From: Candidatus Saccharimonadota bacterium
Lineage (GTDB): Bacteria; Patescibacteriota; Saccharimonadia; Saccharimonadales; Saccharimonadaceae
Assembly: GCA_017404335.1 (NCBI GenBank)
Contig: JAFRCN010000002.1
Coordinates: 101,821-165,820, forward strand
Length of the DNA: 64,000 nucleotides
Direction: 5' to 3'
Numbering within the stretch: the stretch's first letter is position 1; every line of letters starts with the position of its first letter. The notes beneath the pieces are model-generated. The model had not been told where the DNA came from and did not search any database. It was given only the letters and a program-made list of their open reading frames with translations. This document shows positions 20,507 to 29,464 of this stretch, piece by piece. The position numbers were made by a program, and so were the translations under genes.

Positions 20507-21772
20507 ATGGATATATTTGTTGGGGTAATTGTTGGATTATTAGTTTTAATGGCGCTCGTAACAGCACACGAGTTCGGGCATTTTATTGCTGCGAGACGAA
20601 ACGGCGTAAGGGTTTTAGAGTTCGGGATTTGCTTCCCGCCGCGATTGGTCGCCTGGGTAAAAGATCCGAAGACTAAAAAATGGAAAAAACTACCTAAGGA
20701 AGATTGGAAGAAACCGCAAGAGGGATTAATATTTAGCTTAAACCTTTTACCGATTGGGGGGTTTTGCCAGATGGATGGCGAATCGGCTGAGGACTCTCGT
20801 AAGGGAACGTTCGGTGCGGCGAGTTTTTGGGCAAAAACGAAGATTCTATTCGCCGGCGTGACAATGAACTGGCTAATCGCGTTTATCATCTTTACGATTC
20901 TCGCTTGGACGGGAATGCCGGAGTTTCTAGATGGCCAGTTTAAAATCAAAGAAGATTCGCGAATTGAGGGCGGGACGGTTTCAGTCGTAGAAGTCGTCGA
21001 GGGCTCGCCGGCGGAGAAAGCCGGGTTTAAAGCGGGAGACGAGATTGTCGCGGTCGACGGAAATGAAGTATATTATGCGTCGGACGTTACGGAGCTAAAC
21101 CGAGAGCGAGCTGGCGAGGAAGTAGTCTATACGATTCGGAGGCTTGAAACCGGTTGCGTTAATCAGCCGGATTGTTACATAGAGCCTTGTCCTTGTTTAG
21201 AAGAGGGGGAGGTAGAAGTCGAGAAGAAGATTAGCGCAGTTTTGAACGAAGCTGAGTCCGAATATTTGCTCGGCGTGGCGATGAGCTCAACCCAAACTTT
21301 AGCCTATTCAACTTGGTCGGCGCCACTAGTCGGAGCGGGACTAACTTTACAACTGACTGGAGAGACCTTTAAAGGTGTCGGGATTATGGTCGGGAATTTG
21401 GTTTCGGGAACGGCGAGATTATTTAGCTTTAATTCGGAAGTTCGCGAAGAAGGTCAAGAAGCTTTGTCGGAAGTAAAAGATTCAGTTTCGGGGCCGGTCG
21501 GGATTATCGGCGTATTATTTCCAGCGTTTACTGCTGCAGGGCCGACAAACCTCGCGTTTCTCGCGGCATTGATTAGCGTCTCGCTCGCCTGTATGAATGT
21601 CTTGCCGATTCCGGCGCTCGATGGTGGACGGTGGCTCTTGATGGCGATTTTTAAGGTCCGGAGGAAGAAATTGACTAAAGAAACCGAAGAGAAAATCGTT
21701 TCCCGGGCATTTATGGTGCTTCTTGCGATTATCTTTATCGTGACAATCTTAGATATAGCGAGGTTGTTTTAG
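20507..21772 (+). CDS. rseP: site-2 (M50) intramembrane zinc protease with PDZ domain
   Basis: HEFGHFIAARRNGV (HExxH) and NVLPIPALDGG motifs. Leaderless layout: TGGTATAAT lies 6 nt before the ATG. Confidence 0.88.
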   Translation: MDIFVGVIVGLLVLMALVTAHEFGHFIAARRNGVRVLEFGICFPPRLVAWVKDPKTKKWKKLPKEDWKKPQEGLIFSLNLLPIGGFCQMDGESAEDSRKGTFGAASFWAKTKILFAGVTMNWLIAFIIFTILAWTGMPEFLDGQFKIKEDSRIEGGTVSVVEVVEGSPAEKAGFKAGDEIVAVDGNEVYYASDVTELNRERAGEEVVYTIRRLETGCVNQPDCYIEPCPCLEEGEVEVEKKISAVLNEAESEYLLGVAMSSTQTLAYSTWSAPLVGAGLTLQLTGETFKGVGIMVGNLVSGTARLFSFNSEVREEGQEALSEVKDSVSGPVGIIGVLFPAFTAAGPTNLAFLAALISVSLACMNVLPIPALDGGRWLLMAIFKVRRKKLTKETEEKIVSRAFMVLLAIIFIVTILDIARLF

Positions 21773-22618
21773 ATGAAAGAAGAAAAAACGGTCCTAACTA
21801 AGAAGAAGTCGAACGACAAAGGTAAGAGCGAAAAGAATAAGAAAAGCGTTACCACCAAGAAATCGCTTCTTAAAACTTTTTGTTTAATAATTATGCTTTT
21901 GATTTTTGTCGGCGCGACGACGATTGCTTCGCAACTTTTAGTCGGATACGCGATGATTTTTATTTTGGGACCGACAAATTTCGCTAGGACTATTCCGATG
22001 GCGATTTATTCGGCGTTATCTTATATTCTCGCGACGGTTTTCGTCGTTGTTGTCCCGAGAAAAATCTATCGCCGGTGGGTACTGAAAGACACTTCCGCGC
22101 GAGGTAAGGGAGAGTTAAAGAGAGAGATTGGATTGACCGATCTTCCGACCTGGACAGACCTTGGGCTCGCGCCAATTGCGTTTATTTTATCGCTGCTTTT
22201 GGCGGCGGGGCTAGTTTGGTTCTTTAGCCTATTCCCATGGTTTAATGCCGAGGAAGTGCAGTCGGTCGGGTTTAATACTTACGCACCGGGATTAGATAGG
22301 ATAATCGCTTTTATAGTTCTCGTAGTAGTTGCGCCGATTTTTGAGGAAATCATCTTTCGTGGCTGGCTCTACGGGAGAATTAGAAAAATGCTTTCAGACA
22401 AAATGGCGGAAATTGCCGGGATAGTTCTAGCCAACTTTTTAGTTTCGCTTCTATTCGGAATTGTGCATTTGCAATGGAACGTCGGGATAAATGTTTTTGC
22501 GCTGTCGGTCGTATTGTGCGCCCTGCGCGAAATCACCGGGACGATTCATGCTGGAATCATTACGCACATGATTAAAAACGGCGTGGCGTTTTATCTCCTG
22601 TACGTTCTCGGTATGTGA
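21773..22618 (+). CDS. CPBP-family intramembrane glutamic endopeptidase
   Basis: EEIIFRGWLY and FGIVHL motifs in a multi-TM protein. The ATG directly follows the rseP stop. Confidence 0.8.
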   Translation: MKEEKTVLTKKKSNDKGKSEKNKKSVTTKKSLLKTFCLIIMLLIFVGATTIASQLLVGYAMIFILGPTNFARTIPMAIYSALSYILATVFVVVVPRKIYRRWVLKDTSARGKGELKREIGLTDLPTWTDLGLAPIAFILSLLLAAGLVWFFSLFPWFNAEEVQSVGFNTYAPGLDRIIAFIVLVVVAPIFEEIIFRGWLYGRIRKMLSDKMAEIAGIVLANFLVSLLFGIVHLQWNVGINVFALSVVLCALREITGTIHAGIITHMIKNGVAFYLLYVLGM

Positions 22619-22630
22619 TATAATACATCT

Positions 22631-23869
22631 ATGAGATTATCGAAAACTTTTGTGAAAACTTTGCGGGAGGCGCCGAAGGATGAGACGGCAAGAAATGGGG
22701 CGCTCTTAGTCAGGGCGGGGTATGTGCATAAGGAAATGGCTGGAGTCTATGATTATTTACCACTCGGAATGCGCGTAATTGAAAAAATCAAGAACATTAT
22801 TCGCGAGGAGTTGAATAAGATTGGTTGTCAGGAAGTTCTGCTTTCGACTTTACAGAATCCGGAACCTTGGGAAAAGACGGGGAGATTTGACGACCAAGAA
22901 GTTGATATTTGGTTTAAGACAGAGCTGGCTTCCGGCGGTATTTTAGGGCTCGCGCCGACGCATGAAGAGCCGATGACAAATCTTCTAAAGACATATATTT
23001 CTAGTTATAAAGATTTACCGCTTTACGTTTATCAATTCCAGACGAAGTTTAGAAATGAACTACGGGCGAAGTCGGGGATTTTGCGCGGACGCGAATTTTT
23101 AATGAAAGATTTATACAGTTTTCATACTTCGGAAGAGGATTTGGACAAATTTTATGAGGAAGTAGAGAAGGCTTACGACCGAATCTATGCGCGAGTTGGC
23201 TTAGGGGACTGCACTTTTAAGACTTTTGCGTCCGGCGGAATATTCTCGAAGTACTCGCATGAATACCAGACTATTCTACCGGTAGGCGAGGATACAATAT
23301 ATTATAATAGTGATAAATCTTTAGTCTTTAATAAGGAAGTGTTTAACGACGAAGTACTAAAAGAATTCGGCGTTTCGAAAGAGGATTTCGAGGAGACTAC
23401 CGCGGCGGAGGTTGGGAATATCTTTAAGTTGAAATTTAAGTACTCCGAGCCTTTAGGGCTAAGGTATATCGACGAGGAGAATAAGCCCCAAACGGTTTAC
23501 ATGGGTTGCTACGGAATCGGGGTTTCGAGATTGATGGGGGTGATCGCGGAGAAGTTTGCCGACGATAAGGGATTATGTTTGCCAGAGTCGGTGGCACCCT
23601 ACAAAATTTGCTTGGTCGGGATTGGCGAAAATGGCGTTAAAAAAGCAGAAGAAATTTATCAAGGGAATGAAGAGACGATTCTGTTCGACGACCGAGACAA
23701 GAGGCCGGGCGAGAAGTTCGCCGATAGTGAGCTAATTGGGCTTCCTTTTAGAGTGGTGGTATCAGATAAGACTTTAGATGAGGACGCGGTGGAAATTACC
23801 GAAAGAAAGACCGGTGAGACGAGAAAAATTAGTTTTGAGGAGCTTTCTAGAATAGTTGAGGGGCGATGA
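22631..23869 (+). CDS. proS: prolyl-tRNA synthetase, short form without the INS editing domain
   Basis: Class II motifs and a bacterial ProRS N-terminus (LRAGYVHKEMAGVYDYLPLG), but only 412 aa. Confidence 0.85.
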   Translation: MRLSKTFVKTLREAPKDETARNGALLVRAGYVHKEMAGVYDYLPLGMRVIEKIKNIIREELNKIGCQEVLLSTLQNPEPWEKTGRFDDQEVDIWFKTELASGGILGLAPTHEEPMTNLLKTYISSYKDLPLYVYQFQTKFRNELRAKSGILRGREFLMKDLYSFHTSEEDLDKFYEEVEKAYDRIYARVGLGDCTFKTFASGGIFSKYSHEYQTILPVGEDTIYYNSDKSLVFNKEVFNDEVLKEFGVSKEDFEETTAAEVGNIFKLKFKYSEPLGLRYIDEENKPQTVYMGCYGIGVSRLMGVIAEKFADDKGLCLPESVAPYKICLVGIGENGVKKAEEIYQGNEETILFDDRDKRPGEKFADSELIGLPFRVVVSDKTLDEDAVEITERKTGETRKISFEELSRIVEGR

Positions 23870-24999
23870 GCCGACGGCTAACTTATCTCGATTACGCGGC
23901 GACCGTACCGCTGATTTCTGAAGTAAGGGAAGCGATGCACGAAGCGGAAGAAAAATTTTTCGCGAACGCTTCGGCACTTCATACGCCGGGGCATCTCGCG
24001 ATGAATGAAATCGAAGAGTGTCGCGAGATTTTGGCGGGGTTAATCGGAGCCTCGTCGGAGGAAATTATTTTTACATCTGGCGCTTCGGAGTCGAATAATA
24101 CGGTAATACGGACTTTCGAAGGTCACCAAATCGAAACTTCGGATTTGGAACACCATTCGATCATAGAAACCGCGCAGGTCTATCGGGGCGATAAACTACC
24201 AAAACTATATTCTTATATGCTAGTTAATAACGAAATCGGGGAAATTTTAAAACTTCCGAAAGTTTCAGGCGAAAAATTTACGGATTGGGATTTGTTTAAA
24301 AAGAAAACTGAGTGGGGCAAACTAGTTTTTACGGAGCAAAAAAAGGAGTATCTCCATTCAGATTTGACGCAGGCTTTAGGTAAAATACCAATAGATGTCA
24401 AGGAGCTGGGGCTAGACTATGCGACATTTTCTGCGCATAAAATCGGCGGGCCGATCGGAGTCGGGGCGCTGTATGTCCGAAAGGGCGTGCCCTTAAAACC
24501 TTTAATTATCGGCGGGAACCAGGAAGGGAAGCGTCGAGGAGGAACTTATAATACAGTAGGAATTATTGGATTTAAGACAGCGTTAAAAAAGGTTATCGAA
24601 GAGAGGAGTTGGAAAAAATTCGACACTTCAGTTCGAGGGTTAAGGGATTTACTTGCCAAGAGGATCCTAGAAGAAATCCCGGGAAGTTCCCTAAACACTG
24701 ACCTTCGACGCGGAAAAAGTTTACCAAATATTTTAAATGTGTCTTTTCGGGCGGCGGAGGGGGAGTCGATTCAGCTCTATCTCGATACTGAGGGAATTAT
24801 CGTTTCGACGGGGTCGGCTTGTGCGGCGGGCGACATTAAGCCTTCACACGTGTTAATGGCGAAAACCGGCGACGCGGAAGTAGCGCATTCGTCGATACGA
24901 TTCTCATTTGGACTAGAGAACACTATGGAAGACGTCGAGCGGGTAATGGAAGTTTTACCTGACGTGATTCGTAGATTACAAGGGATAAGCACATTGTAG
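23866..24999 (+). CDS. cysteine desulfurase (NifS/IscS class V aminotransferase)
   Basis: SAHKIGGP (PLP lysine) and STGSACAAG (catalytic Cys). ATGA overlap with proS. Confidence 0.88.
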   Translation: MSRRLTYLDYAATVPLISEVREAMHEAEEKFFANASALHTPGHLAMNEIEECREILAGLIGASSEEIIFTSGASESNNTVIRTFEGHQIETSDLEHHSIIETAQVYRGDKLPKLYSYMLVNNEIGEILKLPKVSGEKFTDWDLFKKKTEWGKLVFTEQKKEYLHSDLTQALGKIPIDVKELGLDYATFSAHKIGGPIGVGALYVRKGVPLKPLIIGGNQEGKRRGGTYNTVGIIGFKTALKKVIEERSWKKFDTSVRGLRDLLAKRILEEIPGSSLNTDLRRGKSLPNILNVSFRAAEGESIQLYLDTEGIIVSTGSACAAGDIKPSHVLMAKTGDAEVAHSSIRFSFGLENTMEDVERVMEVLPDVIRRLQGISTL

Positions 25000-25002
25000 A
25001 TA

Positions 25003-25031
25003 TTGACTATTTAGCAATAATGTGCTATAAT
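25003..25031 (+). promoter_or_regulatory. consensus promoter of the orphan gene, overlapped by an inverted repeat
   Basis: TTGACT, 17-nt spacer, TGCTATAAT. TGTGCTAT (25021-25028) and ATAGCACA (25037-25044) form 8-bp inverted arms spanning the -10 box. Confidence 0.55.
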
Positions 25032-25067
25032 TATAGATAGCACAGTTTTTGTGACTATTTATAGGGG

Positions 25068-25568
25068 GTGGCACATTTAGATGCTAAGTACATTAAGAAC
25101 CTGAAACGAAACGACGTTGTTGTTCTCTACGTTCCGGTGTGTGATGAGTCTTATATTGGGCTCATGCATGGCAAGTTCGTCAGATGCAAGGCCTGTGCTC
25201 CGTATATTGATTCGGACGGTCACGCTACGACGACTCTCGTATTCTCTCGGAAGATTCAGACCGAACCGGGAGATTTCTTTTCCTCAATCCCGACCAACAT
25301 GATGGGCTGCGACCTGATGTCACCGCTCGTATTCGCAGAGGAAGAGTTCGCAAATCTCCGCGCCGACGAGGCCCTGCGCAACGAGTTCTTTAGGACTTAC
25401 CCGCCGAGACCTGGAGACGCCTATGGGGTTTCCGAAAGTGAGTACTGGTGTTGGTGGCAGACGAGAGGTGAGCTAAAGCGCATGCTTAGGCTCAAAAAGC
25501 CGCCGATGCTGGACTTCTCCAACGTAACAGTACTCCCTCCTAAGGAGGAATCCGAGGAAGAGGACTAA
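25068..25568 (+). CDS. hypothetical protein (orphan), Cys/Trp-containing with an acidic tail
   Basis: GTG start after an AGGGGG RBS. Has its own promoter and terminator. Codons strongly favour C-ending triplets, unlike the neighbouring genes. Confidence 0.55.
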   Translation: MAHLDAKYIKNLKRNDVVVLYVPVCDESYIGLMHGKFVRCKACAPYIDSDGHATTTLVFSRKIQTEPGDFFSSIPTNMMGCDLMSPLVFAEEEFANLRADEALRNEFFRTYPPRPGDAYGVSESEYWCWWQTRGELKRMLRLKKPPMLDFSNVTVLPPKEESEEED

Positions 25569-25593
25569 AGCGTCTTCAGGCAAATTACTACCT

Positions 25594-25619
25594 AGCCCGC
25601 TCTCCCGAGCGGGCTTTTT
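25594..25619 (+). terminator. rho-independent terminator
   Basis: GCCCGCTC-tccc-GAGCGGGC followed by TTTTT. Confidence 0.75.
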
Positions 25620-25636
25620 CGTGATATAATACAGTT

Positions 25637-26044
25637 ATGAAGGAAGGGCAGGATTGGATTTATACGGATATTGTGAAGGACCACTTTTTGAATCCGCGGA
25701 ACTTTCTGATGGGCGACGAGTCGAAATTTAAATACGATGCGGTGGGGTTAGTCGGGAATCCAATTTGTGGCGACCAGATGAAGATGTTTATTAAAGTTAA
25801 TGATGACAAAATTATCGATTTGAGATGGAAAACTTACGGATGTGCGTCGGCGATTGCTTCGACCTCGGCTTTGTCGGAGCTAGCGAAGGGGAAATCCCTA
25901 GACGAAGCCTTGAAGATCTCCGCGAAGGATATCGACGATTATCTCGGGAATTTACCAAAACATAAATTCCACTGCTCAGTTTTAGGACACGAAGCCTTAG
26001 CGGACGCGATAAAAAACTACCGCGAAGCCAAGAAAAAGGCTTGA
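25637..26044 (+). CDS. Fe-S cluster scaffold, NifU/IscU N-terminal type
   Basis: Three conserved Cys contexts (NPICGD, YGCASA, HCSVL). Leaderless layout. Confidence 0.85.
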   Translation: MKEGQDWIYTDIVKDHFLNPRNFLMGDESKFKYDAVGLVGNPICGDQMKMFIKVNDDKIIDLRWKTYGCASAIASTSALSELAKGKSLDEALKISAKDIDDYLGNLPKHKFHCSVLGHEALADAIKNYREAKKKA

Positions 26045-26096
26045 CGTTTACGTTATTTTCGGGTAAACTAGAGATTGTTAAAGTTGGAGTTACGAA

Positions 26097-26543
26097 ATGA
26101 TTAAGAAAACTGTCAGTTTGACTGCTGAAGGAAAAAAAGATTTAGAAAAAGAACTAGATGAATTAATTAAAAGTCGCCCGGCGATTGCGGAACGAATCGC
26201 GACGGCGAGGGCTTTTGGTGATCTTTCTGAGAATGAAGAATATTCTTCGGCGAGGAATGAGCAAAAGATGGCTGAAGGACGAATTTTGGAAATTCAGGAA
26301 ATCCTAAAGAACGCTAAAATAATTCGAGGCGGAAAAAAGAGCAAAGTCGACCTCGGAGCAACGGTAGTGCTCGACATGGGTGGAAGGGAAGTGACTTACA
26401 CTTTAGTCGGTCCGACTGAGGCAAATCCGCTCGAAGGAAAGATTTCAAACGAATCGCCGATTGGCAAAGCACTTCTGGGGCGAAAGGCGGAGGAAAGTTT
26501 TGATTTTAACGGAAAAAATGTTATAATCAAATCATGTTATTAG
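26097..26543 (+). CDS. greA: transcription elongation factor GreA
   Basis: GDLSENEEYSSARNEQ motif. 148 aa. Confidence 0.9.
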   Translation: MIKKTVSLTAEGKKDLEKELDELIKSRPAIAERIATARAFGDLSENEEYSSARNEQKMAEGRILEIQEILKNAKIIRGGKKSKVDLGATVVLDMGGREVTYTLVGPTEANPLEGKISNESPIGKALLGRKAEESFDFNGKNVIIKSCY

Positions 26544-28012
26544 AGGATTATCGAAACGAGAGACTTCGAAAACTAGAGGAGATTCGGGCGAAGGGAATTG
26601 ACCCGTTTCCAGCGAAGTCAAATCGAAATACAAAAATTTTTGATGTAGTAAATCATTTCGAGGAGAAAAAGGGGCAAGAAGTCTGTATAGCCGGGCGCAT
26701 CGTCGCGATTCGCTCGTTTGGGAAACTAGTTTTTATAAAACTGCGTGATTATTCGGGTGAAGTACAGATTTTTATGAAGGCAGTGGCGGACGAAACTCCA
26801 GCTGGGATGTTTGGCGCAAAAGAAGTAAAGCTACTTGATATGGGCGATTTTATTGAGGCTAGAGGAATTGTAGATAAATCTCAAACGGGCGAGATTTCAG
26901 TATTTACAGATTACGTTAGGCTTTTAACTAAGAGTTTAAGACCTTTGCCGGAAAAGTTCACCAATAAAGAAGAGCGCTACCGAAGGCGTTATGTCGACAT
27001 GAACGTCAACCCAGAAGTACGCGAGAGGCTAGTCCGACGGTCGAAGTTTTGGCAGGCAACGCGTGATTTTATGAATAAGCACGGGTTTATCGAGATTAAT
27101 GTCCCGATATTAGAGCATACGACGGGCGGAGCGGACGCAACGCCATTTACGACGCACATGAACGCCCTAGACGAAGATTTTTATCTACGAATTTCGCACG
27201 AATTACCTTTAAAGCGGTTGCTGGGGGGCGGGTTTGAGAAGGTCTATGATATCGGGCCGAGGTTTAGAAACGAAGGCGTGGATGATGAGCATTTGCCGGA
27301 GCATATTGCGTTTGAGGCGTATGCAGCGTATGAAAACTACGAAGACGGAATGAAATTCTACGAAGAGATGATGAAATATGTTTGCATGGAAACCTGGGGT
27401 ACTTTGAAATTCAAAGTCGGCGGATTCGAGATTGATTTAGACCAAGAATGGCCGAGATATAAATATGCAGATTTATTACGTGAGAAGTATAATGTTGATG
27501 TATTTAATCCGGACCGTGAACAGTTGATTCAGATTTTGTTGGATAATTGGAAGACTGAAGATTTGAAACGAGAAGAATTTAAGAAGAAACTCGAGAATAC
27601 CACTACACCGCACTTAATCGATGACGTTTGGAAGCTAATTCGTAAAACTTCGGCGGGGCCGTATTGGGTCGTAGAAGAACCCCTTAGTTTGTCGCCACTT
27701 GCGAAAAAGTCAACCGAAAACCCGCTGGTGACCGAAAGATTCCATCCGGTGATCGCTGGGACGGAAATGGGAAATGGCTTTTCGGAGCTAAACGACCCGC
27801 TCGACCAGCTCGAGAGATTCAAAGAACAGCAAGCCGCGCGCGACGCAGGCGACGAAGAGGCACAAATGCTCGACCAAGATTTCGTCGAAATGCTAGAGTA
27901 CGGTATGCCACCGGCCTGTGGCTGGGGTAACTCAGAGCGGAATTTCTGGCTGCTCGAGGGTGTTTCGGGACGCGAAGCGGTGCCGTTCCCAACCATGAAG
28001 AAGCTTGATTAA
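26534..28012 (+). CDS. lysS: lysyl-tRNA synthetase, class II
   Basis: OB-fold N-terminus, RRRYVDMN, FRNEG, and GMPPACGWG near the C-terminus. Confidence 0.93.
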   Translation: MLLEDYRNERLRKLEEIRAKGIDPFPAKSNRNTKIFDVVNHFEEKKGQEVCIAGRIVAIRSFGKLVFIKLRDYSGEVQIFMKAVADETPAGMFGAKEVKLLDMGDFIEARGIVDKSQTGEISVFTDYVRLLTKSLRPLPEKFTNKEERYRRRYVDMNVNPEVRERLVRRSKFWQATRDFMNKHGFIEINVPILEHTTGGADATPFTTHMNALDEDFYLRISHELPLKRLLGGGFEKVYDIGPRFRNEGVDDEHLPEHIAFEAYAAYENYEDGMKFYEEMMKYVCMETWGTLKFKVGGFEIDLDQEWPRYKYADLLREKYNVDVFNPDREQLIQILLDNWKTEDLKREEFKKKLENTTTPHLIDDVWKLIRKTSAGPYWVVEEPLSLSPLAKKSTENPLVTERFHPVIAGTEMGNGFSELNDPLDQLERFKEQQAARDAGDEEAQMLDQDFVEMLEYGMPPACGWGNSERNFWLLEGVSGREAVPFPTMKKLD

Positions 28013-29349
28013 AACCAAATTGCCATAGCCTTTACATCTATCTTGATGGGGTGGTTTCCGCTTAGGGAAGTTGAGAAATGATTTGTTCGGCTTATTTTAT
28101 CCAATACTTGCCCTTCGTCGAATAGATGGTAGTAATATGATTCATAGAGCCAACTTTCAAACGCCAGTCCTTGTTGTGCTACGTAGGTAGGCTCTAGATA
28201 GGTCCCGTTAATTGTGGTCAAATTACGACAGTTCGTAAGTGCTTCGTAAGATAGTTCATTATCGGATTCATCCAAAGGCGTAATAGTTAAGTAGGCACCG
28301 TAGTCGTAATTGCTTATTACGTTCTCCGTATTTTCAGCAAATAATTCAATGTGAATTCTGTCAGTATCAAAAATGTAAATTTCTTCGCCTGAGAGGTTGT
28401 TTTCTACCGAGTATATGTCGTCATAATTATTGTCATCTATATAAAGATAAACACCGCCCGTCCCTGCGGTATAACCATAGTTTACTACAATCTTGATTTT
28501 GCTGGCGCCATGAAAAACAAAATTTTCTATAATTTCTTCGTCCGTATAAGATCCCAACTGGACGCCACTGTTGTCTATGTTTGACGTTCTCATTATTTCA
28601 AATTGCTTCGTTTCGGTTTCGCAGGTCGCTGAATAGGTCACGACATTTTGATTCTGAGTTTTTTCTTCATCAAAGAAAAGATTTTGGTTGTTCCCGTAAG
28701 TTAGCTCAAAATCCCTCGTGACTTCTGGTTTTGGAGCGGGATGTATAGCTGGATGCACGAGAATATATTTAACTTTGCCGACATAGGTCCCGGCTGGTTG
28801 GGTAGCAGAAATGTAGGCTTGATAGGTGGTGGTAAGGGTTGTACCTTCGGCGTTTATCCCGACATCTGTAGAGGCTTCACGTTTGGCAACCATCATGCTC
28901 GCGCTTGGCACGGTATGAAAATTATCGAAATCGTTTTGAATCGTAATTGGATATGTTGCGCCCGAGGTAGCTTCTAGTTTCATTGCCCACTGGGAGTTAC
29001 CAGTCAAGGCAGTACCGGTTTGAATATCATGAGTTGAGCCTAAGGAAGAACTGGTCAACACATTCTTACCAAATTCGTCACCAGTAAAACCGACAGCGTA
29101 AATGGCGAAGCCTTCATTGTCGTTGCAAAAAGCCTTTAAAGTGGTGGAGCCAATATTAGAATTAGAAGCGCCATTTAATATCGTAGCTGTGTGGTTGTTT
29201 GTGCCAAGACTTGACAACGAACATGAAACTGGAACCGTAATTGACGCTTCACTGACAATGCTATCGGCTTTAGTGTCGTTTAAGATAAGAATAGCTATAA
29301 ATATGCTAAGTATTATAACTAAAATACAGATGTGTGTTTTGCTCTGCAT
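28009..29349 (-). CDS. secreted/anchored hypothetical protein, beta-rich
   Basis: N-terminal signal-anchor. AAGGAGG RBS and a TGCTATAAT promoter on the minus strand. Low CpG by eye. The stop overlaps the lysS stop by 4 nt. Confidence 0.6.
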   Translation of the reverse strand: MQSKTHICILVIILSIFIAILILNDTKADSIVSEASITVPVSCSLSSLGTNNHTATILNGASNSNIGSTTLKAFCNDNEGFAIYAVGFTGDEFGKNVLTSSSLGSTHDIQTGTALTGNSQWAMKLEATSGATYPITIQNDFDNFHTVPSASMMVAKREASTDVGINAEGTTLTTTYQAYISATQPAGTYVGKVKYILVHPAIHPAPKPEVTRDFELTYGNNQNLFFDEEKTQNQNVVTYSATCETETKQFEIMRTSNIDNSGVQLGSYTDEEIIENFVFHGASKIKIVVNYGYTAGTGGVYLYIDDNNYDDIYSVENNLSGEEIYIFDTDRIHIELFAENTENVISNYDYGAYLTITPLDESDNELSYEALTNCRNLTTINGTYLEPTYVAQQGLAFESWLYESYYYHLFDEGQVLDKISRTNHFSTSLSGNHPIKIDVKAMAIWF

Positions 29350-29464
29350 TACTAAGACGCCTCCTTAGAGTTAGCAATATGGCGTCGTAAGTAGTTATAT
29401 TATAGCATAAGTTTTATTGTTTTGCATAGGGTTTTTAATGACTTTGCATGTTATAATGATAGAT

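Noticed and set aside
20206-20949. 247-aa ORF on the minus strand
   Set aside because: It spans the uppS-rseP junction antisense to two well-supported genes. The sequence is not protein-like.
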